A DNA stretch of 64,000 nt from a virus. Position 1 is the stretch's first letter, and every line of letters starts with the position of its first letter. The translations under genes and the position numbers were made by a program. The notes below the pieces were generated by a model. That model ran no database searches, was not told the DNA's origin, and worked only from the letters and a program-made list of their open reading frames with translations. Positions 57,646-64,000 of the stretch are shown piece by piece. The stretch lies in IMG/VR virus record IMGVR_UViG_3300044472_000055, positions 1 to 64,000 of that record, one strand, 5' to 3'.

Positions 57646-58338
57646 CTAGTCGCCCCCAAAGATTTCATCCGCTGCTGCATCATCGATTCCGATCGGTTTG
57701 GGCTCCGCATTCCTCGTCGGAGCGACGGGCGTCGTGACCTCGTGCCTGGATAGCGCGAAGATCTCATCGTAGGTGCCGGCGTTGAGCGCGTGCTTCTTGA
57801 TCTCCTCGATGAGCTGCGCATCGGTGCCCTTGAACGGCGTACCAAGCTCACCTTTGCGCCAGCGCTCCATCTCGATCTCCAGCTCGCCGTACGGCAGCCC
57901 ATTGCTGAGGTAGTGCTCGCGACGACGCCACGCGGCCTCCTCAGCCGACGGGAACGTGCCGATCGAATGCATGCTCTCGCCGCTGGTCACCATCGCGCGG
58001 AAGCCCTTGCCGTTGGCGTACACGCCGACGAAACCGCTCTTCGTTTTGGTGCTGCGGTGCAGGAGGCTGAGGTTGATCGGCTTGGCCTCGTTGAGCATGC
58101 CGAAGTTCTTCTCTCGCGCGCTCGTGACAGCACGTTCGAAGTCGCCCGAGAGGAACCCAACGTCGAACTTGAGGATCCGCTGATCCACCTGAAGGAGGAG
58201 CATTCGGAAGGCGACCTCGGGCTTCACCCCCAAATCGGAAGCGAGCTGGACGCAGACCTTCCACGTAGCAAGTGGAACGTCCACTCGAAGGGCTACCGAA
58301 CCACTAGGAAGTGAGGTCAGCCGGGGGGCTTTGGGCAT
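57646..58338 (-). CDS. AP2-domain DNA-binding protein
   Basis: KSGFVGVY...FRAMV...HSIGTFPSAEEAA. Confidence 0.8.
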   Translation of the reverse strand: MPKAPRLTSLPSGSVALRVDVPLATWKVCVQLASDLGVKPEVAFRMLLLQVDQRILKFDVGFLSGDFERAVTSAREKNFGMLNEAKPINLSLLHRSTKTKSGFVGVYANGKGFRAMVTSGESMHSIGTFPSAEEAAWRRREHYLSNGLPYGELEIEMERWRKGELGTPFKGTDAQLIEEIKKHALNAGTYDEIFALSRHEVTTPVAPTRNAEPKPIGIDDAAADEIFGGD

Positions 58339-58339
58339 G

Positions 58340-58680
58340 CTTTACGTTAACAATCGACCCTTACACTTACTAGAGGATCGCCCCGAACAATGGGCTAGAT
58401 TACCGATCCGCAAGGCGTCTCCGAAAGTGGATCCGCCAAACGTAGCCCATCACACGTTAGACCCCCTTACTCCGCCGAAAATTTTTGTGAGATTCCGACG
58501 TTTCCCGTGTACAGCGCGGCTATATTCTTTTTAGGACATAGCGTTTGTACTTCTTGATATCAAGAAGTTCAAAAGGGGTAAGGGTCTAAAGAATAGAACA
58601 GTTGCTTATCACCGTTTTCCGGAAGATAAGTCAGGCCCCTTACGTTTGAAGGAGCGTTCAGTCTAGACGCCTAACCGCGC
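58340..58680. promoter_or_regulatory. AT-rich intergenic region with 20-bp palindrome and CCCTTAC repeats
   Basis: ACTTCTTGATATCAAGAAGT at 58549-58568; CCCTTAC-containing repeats near 58356, 58457, 58575 (inverted) and 58634. Confidence 0.6.
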
Positions 58681-58689
58681 GAAAGATCT

Positions 58690-59577
58690 TCAGCTGCCCG
58701 TTGTCGACCGTTTGTGCGCGGCCGCGCCGAACATGATGCCGATCGCGCCCGCACTCAGGAGATCGCCGCGCTTGTACCACCGCTTCGCCGGGGGCGACGA
58801 CATTGGCCATGTCCCGCCGGCCACATCGTAGGCCATGAGCGTGTTGGTGGTCTGGTCCTTGATGATCTGCAGGCAGCGCGCGATCGCTTGGTCGGAGAGC
58901 GCAGAGAGCGTGACACGCGTTGCCCAGTCCCAACCCGAGACGGGCAGCTCGGCCTTGAGCTTGAAGATGGCTCCGTCTTGCGCGCGATCAGCGCCAGGAA
59001 CGGCGCCAGGTGCCCCTAGGAGCACGTCAAGCCAGATGACGGGGATGGCGAGGTCTCGCACGATTTTGAGCGCGGCTGCGCGGACGTATGGATGGCCGTC
59101 GTTGCCGATGGCATGGGCAAGCCCACCACCACCGAGCGTCGATCCGATCAACGTTGCTTGCAGCCACGACGCGATACCTGATGGATCAGAGGCGCTGAAG
59201 AAACCACCCGTTGCTGCCTTGTGGATGCCTTCGAGCATGATCAGGCGTGGTGGCTTGTTGTCGAACTTGCTGAACATGGCCTGCGCCGTCGCGCTGATCA
59301 CGTTGTTGCCCAGCTGACCCGAATTCTTGAGCAGCCAATCGGTGTAGCCCGTCGACTCGTTGAACAGCGCTCGCGAGAAAATGGGCGACTCCGCCCATAC
59401 CGTCTGCCGCGTGTATGGGTTCGCCGCGCATTGCGCGACCAATTCGGTCATCGCCATCGCAGCCGTGTACAGCCGCCGTGGCCCCTCGCCTGCGCGATAT
59501 ACCGCGTTGTCACGGTACTTGTTCGCATGGTCCCAGTAGGCGAGGAGGGTCTGAACATTCTCGGCAGGCGTTGCCAT
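58690..59577 (-). CDS. protein with C-terminal membrane anchor
   Basis: TAGGCT-N7-ATG; RWYKR followed by a hydrophobic tail. Confidence 0.7.
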   Translation of the reverse strand: MATPAENVQTLLAYWDHANKYRDNAVYRAGEGPRRLYTAAMAMTELVAQCAANPYTRQTVWAESPIFSRALFNESTGYTDWLLKNSGQLGNNVISATAQAMFSKFDNKPPRLIMLEGIHKAATGGFFSASDPSGIASWLQATLIGSTLGGGGLAHAIGNDGHPYVRAAALKIVRDLAIPVIWLDVLLGAPGAVPGADRAQDGAIFKLKAELPVSGWDWATRVTLSALSDQAIARCLQIIKDQTTNTLMAYDVAGGTWPMSSPPAKRWYKRGDLLSAGAIGIMFGAAAHKRSTTGS

Positions 59578-59601
59578 GCCTCCGAGCCTATCAGGTTCGC
59601 A

Positions 59602-60351
59602 TTACGCCAGCGTTGCGATGATCAAATCCTTCGCGGCGTCGACGAGAAGACCGTCCGTTTTCGACTGATCCTTGAAGACAACCTGGAGGCGAATCAACCC
59701 TTCCGGATCGGCTTTCGTTCCATCTGTATCCATCTGGACGATGCACTGTCCTTTGTCGCTGATGACAAACAATGCCCGAAGCAAATCGTCGTCGTGCGTG
59801 ACCTTGAACACCTTGAGACTGGAGATCGGCCCGAGCCAATCGTAGCGCAGCACAGCAAGCTCGCTATGAAGCGCCACTGCATCAAGCTCTGCCGGATCGA
59901 TCTCGGCTTCTTCGCGAGTCTTGCCGGCAGGACGTCCCCAGAGATCAGGGATTTGCCTGTGGTCTTGCTCGAACGACGTCGGCTTCTGATTTTGAAGCAT
60001 AGGCGTTACGCGTTGAACGACGCGCTCGGCGACGACATCGACAATCTTGTCGAGGAAATCACCGACGATCTTTCCGATCGTTTCGACCTCTTTTTTCACG
60101 TCGCCTTCGACGACGAAGTTCGCGCCCGCCGCCTTGGTCGCGCTCTCGTTATGCAACGGGCAAAATCCTTTGCCGCCTGAGCACGGACCGCAAAGCTGTT
60201 GCGTGCCCGGTAGTGTTGTTGCTGGTTGGCCCGGCGGCAAAATCACCGAACCAGCGATGACCGAGGAGCCGTAGGCAGTATCAAACGGGAGACGTGTTCC
60301 TTCCATTCCGCGAACAGTAGTCACTTGCCGTTGATATGGGAAGCCCCGCAT
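59602..60351 (-). CDS. hypothetical protein
   Basis: Motif promoter upstream; CGPC...CPLH. Confidence 0.65.
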   Translation of the reverse strand: MRGFPYQRQVTTVRGMEGTRLPFDTAYGSSVIAGSVILPPGQPATTLPGTQQLCGPCSGGKGFCPLHNESATKAAGANFVVEGDVKKEVETIGKIVGDFLDKIVDVVAERVVQRVTPMLQNQKPTSFEQDHRQIPDLWGRPAGKTREEAEIDPAELDAVALHSELAVLRYDWLGPISSLKVFKVTHDDDLLRALFVISDKGQCIVQMDTDGTKADPEGLIRLQVVFKDQSKTDGLLVDAAKDLIIATLA

Positions 60352-60399
60352 GAGCAGGGCCCCGTCCAGCGACTCTAGTCGCTGGGGCTGACGCTTACG

Positions 60400-61878
60400 T
60401 TACGGTGTCACGGGGCAGCATTCGAGCTGCACACGAGCCACTACAGAGACGTTCGCGGTGGCAGCGTCCGCTCCCGTGGCGAATTGAATCTGAAGGCCGA
60501 GACCACCGGTCGGGTTCGCCGTGATCGTCCACTGTGCAACGGGCGTCGCATGACCGATGATTGACTGCGCACCAGACGCGATGAGAACCGTCGATCCCGC
60601 TGTCGTACGCACGATGAATTGACGCTGAATCGCAGCGCTGATCGCACCCGCTGCACCGCCACCGGCAACCGCCGTCACCGTGACGGTGTACGCGCGGTCA
60701 TCAACGAGGGCGATAGCGGTACTTCCACCACCATCACCAAAGTTGAGCGACGTCGCAGCGATCGGAGCGTTGGAAGGCCCGAGCTTCATGACGATCATGG
60801 TGCTCTGCGCATCACCGTCAGCGAGGAAGCGGCCAGACGCGTGAGCACGTTCGCCATCATTGGTGGCGCGTGCACGCACACCCGTGGCACTGGAGAAGCT
60901 CGCGCTCGCCGTGTTCGATCCGCCCTCGGCGTGGCTCGCGTAGCCGCTCGCGACCGTGCTGTCACCTTCGGCGTGCGAGCGCTGACCGCTTGCGAGTGTG
61001 CCAACGCCTTCAGCGTGCGCTCCCGTAGCAGTCGCCTGCGTGGTCTGCCCCTCCGCGTGAGATGCACTGCCCGACGCTGTCGTGCCGTTACCTTCGGCGT
61101 GCGCCGTTTGATTCGAGGCAGTCGTGCTCAGACCTTCGGCGTGCGCGTAGTTCGCGGTGGCCTGCGAGCTTTGGCCTTCGGCGTGCGAGTAGTCACCTTG
61201 TGCAACCGTGTTACGGCCTACGGCATGCGCAGCTGCTCCGCTTGCCTGTGCACCATCGCCAGTGGCGAACGCAGCACTGCCTGACGCCACGTTGTCGTAG
61301 CCGCCCGGAATCGACGCGCCGTCACCGGACGCCGTGTTGCCGTAGCCGCCCGCAACCGTCGCGTATTCGTCCGTCGCAGCGTTGTCATCGCCGCCGCCGA
61401 TGGTCGAGTAGTTCGCGGTGGCACCGGGCGCCGCACCGCCCGTATTGCTGCCGAGGTTAGTGATACCCGCCTGAGTGTTGTCGATGGGTGACTGATCCGA
61501 AGCACGATCGCTACGGATGTTGACCTTATCGGCTGCGACAGCGTCATCGAAGATGACAGCCGGATCACCGCCGCCGCTACCAGCGCTGCCAGTAGAGGCC
61601 GCGAAGGGCACCGGGCTCAGTGTGGCGCTCGTGCTACCGAGCGCACGTTCGACAGAATGCTCGCGCTTGACCCACACACGAATGGTTGCCTGCGCGCCGC
61701 TGTTGTTGGTCACACTGACATTCGTCGCGTCAGCTGTGATCCCGAATCCTGCGACGTCGCCCGCAAGATAGTCGGGTGTCGTCGCAGTACCGTTGATGTT
61801 GATGTCGTGGGCTTGCGCGACGGTTGCGCCATCTGCAACGTCCGTGAACGTGAGGATCTGAACCAGACGAGTTGCCAT
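60400..61878 (-). CDS. fibre/adhesin with YadA-like (Hep/Hag) SHAEG repeats
   Basis: 14-aa period (S/A)HAEG..T.A repeats and GGY.N.ASG repeats. Confidence 0.85.
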   Translation of the reverse strand: MATRLVQILTFTDVADGATVAQAHDININGTATTPDYLAGDVAGFGITADATNVSVTNNSGAQATIRVWVKREHSVERALGSTSATLSPVPFAASTGSAGSGGGDPAVIFDDAVAADKVNIRSDRASDQSPIDNTQAGITNLGSNTGGAAPGATANYSTIGGGDDNAATDEYATVAGGYGNTASGDGASIPGGYDNVASGSAAFATGDGAQASGAAAHAVGRNTVAQGDYSHAEGQSSQATANYAHAEGLSTTASNQTAHAEGNGTTASGSASHAEGQTTQATATGAHAEGVGTLASGQRSHAEGDSTVASGYASHAEGGSNTASASFSSATGVRARATNDGERAHASGRFLADGDAQSTMIVMKLGPSNAPIAATSLNFGDGGGSTAIALVDDRAYTVTVTAVAGGGAAGAISAAIQRQFIVRTTAGSTVLIASGAQSIIGHATPVAQWTITANPTGGLGLQIQFATGADAATANVSVVARVQLECCPVTP

Positions 61879-61920
61879 GTAGCAACTCTACTAGAATCGA
61901 TTGCACTGCATCTAACTTTG

Positions 61921-61993
61921 CGCGCGCTGTCGGATTCGAACCGACGACCCACGGATTATAAAGTCCGCAGCTCTACCGCTGAGCTAAACGCGC
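61921..61993 (-). tRNA. tRNA with 8-nt anticodon loop (CUUUAUAA); identity undetermined; no encoded CCA
   Basis: GCGCGTT/AGCGCGC acceptor, GCTC-AGCGGTA-GAGC D-arm, GCGGA/TCCGT anticodon stem, GTCGG-TTCGAAT-CCGAC T-arm. Confidence 0.85.
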
Positions 61994-61994
61994 A

Positions 61995-62064
61995 TGGTCT
62001 TGTGAAAGCCGGTAGTACTCGCTCCGTTGAACGCCTGCCGATGCGTCTGGCGCACTTTCACAAG
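61995..62064 (-). ncRNA. CCA-terminated tRNA-mimic RNA
   Basis: Perfect 10-bp CTTGTGAAAG/CTTTCACAAG stem followed by ACCA; two internal hairpins. Confidence 0.6.
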
Positions 62065-62065
62065 G

Positions 62066-62139
62066 TGCAGAAGGATGGGCTCGAACCACCGACCATCGTG
62101 CCTTTTGGGCCCGACGCTCTACCACTGAGCTACTTCTGC
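62066..62139 (-). tRNA. tRNA body with aberrant 19-nt anticodon arm; identity undetermined
   Basis: GCAGAAG/CTTCTGC acceptor, canonical D-arm, GGTGG-TTCGAGC-CCATC T-arm; arm TCGGGCCCAAAAGGCACGA lacks U33. Confidence 0.8.
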
Positions 62140-62140
62140 A

Positions 62141-62216
62141 TGGCGGCGCGGCTGGGTCGCGGGCTCCAGCTAAACGGCCTACGGGGATTCGCGATGATCT
62201 CCCCCACCGACGCGCC
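62141..62216 (-). ncRNA. 76-nt CCA-terminated tRNA-mimic RNA
   Basis: GGCGCG/CGCGCC plus GCCA; GCTGG/CCAGC stem at the T-arm position; one long arm replaces the D and anticodon arms. Confidence 0.6.
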
Positions 62217-62223
62217 ATAAGCG

Positions 62224-62514
62224 TTACTTCCGTCGGCCTGCGATCGGCAGGCTCGACAGCACCTTTCTGACCGCAGCACGGTCGGCAGTAGGCTTGGCAC
62301 CGATCGCGACGAGTTGATCCGTGAACGGACCCGCATCTTCGACGATCGGCACGTGTTGGATGCCGGCAGCTGCGAGAGCTTCGGCGTAGCGCTTCAGCGA
62401 GGCCTCATCGGGCACTGCGAGCACCACCATCACCACGGGCGCGTGGCCGACAGCCTCTTGAGCGGCGTGGCCTGTTTGCGCAAGTTGTGCCCCTTCGGGC
62501 AAGTCGCTACGCAC
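62224..62514 (-). CDS. pth2: peptidyl-tRNA hydrolase, Pth2 family (N-terminus may extend via a frameshift)
   Basis: (YVL)VRSDL..GAQLAQTGHA...VVLAVPDE..L...I.EDAG...LVAIG..P...LSSLP. Confidence 0.8.
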   Translation of the reverse strand: MRSDLPEGAQLAQTGHAAQEAVGHAPVVMVVLAVPDEASLKRYAEALAAAGIQHVPIVEDAGPFTDQLVAIGAKPTADRAAVRKVLSSLPIAGRRK

Positions 62515-62596
62515 GAGGACGTAGCAGGTTTCAGCGGGGGATTGCTGGGCGACGGGTGCTTCCCGTTCACCTTATCGAGCTGTGAAGCATGCATGG

Positions 62597-62625
62597 ATGA
62601 TGTGTCGGCTCTGCGAAGCTGTCAA
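62597..62625 (-). promoter_or_regulatory. sigma70-type promoter upstream of pth2 and the tRNA cluster
   Basis: TTGACA-N17-CATCAT on the minus strand. Confidence 0.5.
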
Positions 62626-62936
62626 GGGATTCAGCCGAAGGCGATCACTTCGAAGATCCACAGCGTCTTCCATGGGCGCCACTTGTTGATCGTGAGCTTG
62701 TCGTAGGCATCGCGATACACCCAGCATCGTGGACTATTCGCTGCTGAACAGTAGAGGTCGTCACGATCCATTACGGTGACCTTTCATGATGGGTTCGACG
62801 GCAACGACGAGCTGTCCTCGTCGATAATGAAACCAGCCGCGATCGTGGATCATCGCGTTGTTGATCAGTGCCTGTGGGGTCGCGTTGACTGCGAACAGAT
62901 ATAGACGTTCCTGTCGCTTTCGTTTCGACTCGTGCA

Positions 62937-63197
62937 TCAGTTCGGGAGCGCCTTGATGACCTTCTTCTGCATCTCGATGCCCTCGTCGGTGAGCATCCAT
63001 TTGCTACGCGACGGCGAGTAGTGGCCAACCGCACGTACGAGCCCACGCTCGCGCATTGCCGACAGCATTGCCGTCGGGTTTTTCATCTTGAGATGCTCAC
63101 CGACTTCTTTGGTCGTGTAGCCCTTCGTCTTCGAGAGCAGCAACAGCGTCTGTTTTTGTGCTGCACTGAGGTCTTCGATCTTCGCGCTCATCCTTGC
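62937..63197 (-). CDS. winged-helix DNA-binding protein
   Basis: LSAAQKQTLLLL...TTKEVGEHL...LSAMRERGLV...WMLTDEG; start uncertain. Confidence 0.7.
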   Translation of the reverse strand, partial: ARMSAKIEDLSAAQKQTLLLLSKTKGYTTKEVGEHLKMKNPTAMLSAMRERGLVRAVGHYSPSRSKWMLTDEGIEMQKKVIKALPN

Positions 63198-63382
63198 CAT
63201 CCTCGCTGACAGCCTACAACACGTGCACGATGCACGATCGGACGGAAGCCTCCCGTGCAATACAGCTGATCATCGAGGCGTCGTTGCACGTCGTGCGTCG
63301 GTGCAATGAGGGCCGCGATCGCAAGGATCACTGCCACGATCACTACGAAGACGATCTCGATCAACGTGCTCATGCCACGAAT

Positions 63383-63697
63383 CTACTCTTGGACGATTGG
63401 AATCGCAGCGTCTTTCAGGAGTGCCAGATCTTCACCGAGCTTATCGATGAACTGCTTCGCTGCGGTGAGTGCGCCAATCCGGGCTTCTTCGAGCGAGAGG
63501 ATCCTGCCGCTACTCTCCGATGACCGGTACGCACGTTCGTCGCACTTGTCTTCGTCGTCTGGCATCAAGTACCAGTGGAAGAACCCGCCATCGTAATCGT
63601 GTTCTTCGATCGCAAGATAGAGCGGCCCAAAGCGTGCCATCCAAAAACGACCGCCCCCATGCCACTTGCCCAGTTCGATTTGACGGTTCCACGCCAT
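63383..63697 (-). CDS. hypothetical protein
   Basis: Coupled minus-strand ORF. Confidence 0.6.
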   Translation of the reverse strand: MAWNRQIELGKWHGGGRFWMARFGPLYLAIEEHDYDGGFFHWYLMPDDEDKCDERAYRSSESSGRILSLEEARIGALTAAKQFIDKLGEDLALLKDAAIPIVQE

Positions 63698-64000
63698 TAC
63701 TTCGAGTCGGTGCCCTTCTTGAAGAGCAGGTTGTACAGCTCGATCGTCGTGCGGCCCTTCGCCATCTCCTCGAATTCCTCCTCGGTGATGTCGTTCGCGA
63801 CGAGTGGCTTCTCGTTGCGCCAGCGTTCACGTACCTCGGGATCACGTGTCACGGGCAGTGCTGTCGCCTCAGAGGGTGTGAGGTTCTCGGACCTGATCCA
63901 GGTGTCGAGGCATGCCTGCGCCTCTTCGGCTGCGCGTGCGAACACGTAGACATCCCAGATGCGGATGACATTGAAGAGCTTGGCGTCGTTCTCGCCGGGG
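63697..64000 (-). CDS. hypothetical protein, 5' truncated
   Basis: Frame stays open to the window edge. Confidence 0.55.
   Translation of the reverse strand, partial: PGENDAKLFNVIRIWDVYVFARAAEEAQACLDTWIRSENLTPSEATALPVTRDPEVRERWRNEKPLVANDITEEEFEEMAKGRTTIELYNLLFKKGTDSK

Noticed and set aside
62066-62139. Assigning unit B as tRNA-Trp(CCA), Leu(CAA) or Phe(AAA)
   Set aside because: No 7-nt loop with U33 can be drawn, so any assignment would be arbitrary.
1-64000. CRISPR array, integrase, transposase or reverse transcriptase/DGR
   Set aside because: No regularly spaced repeat-spacer units, no recognisable catalytic motifs, and no adenine-specific TR/VR pair noticed among the fibre genes by eye.

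Overview
This is a GC-rich (~63%), densely coding 64 kb segment of a large bacterial virus genome, with no cellular housekeeping context. The left arm (1-11.7 kb, all minus strand) looks like an early region: rIIA/rIIB, an ADP-ribosyltransferase-like gene and an OB-fold protein, several with a shared SD-containing leader. A ~1.3 kb structured, GATC-rich non-coding gap and an RHH regulator follow. The middle carries a lysis module (amidase, holin-like, lipoprotein), a glycosylation module (RmlB, GT2, methyltransferase) and a tandem array of 7 paralogous fibre/spike proteins. It also has two candidate single-jelly-roll capsid proteins, a transglutaminase-like Cys protease, a thioredoxin and ~15 small membrane-anchored proteins. 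No terminase, portal, HK97 capsid or tail genes are recognisable, so a tailless internal-membrane virus is the best reading (inference). Near the right end a Pth2 gene precedes four abutting tRNA-like RNAs, none with a normal anticodon arm. A 13-bp motif fused to a -10 box recurs 12 times, and many genes appear leaderless. All assignments come from reading motifs by eye; no searches were run.
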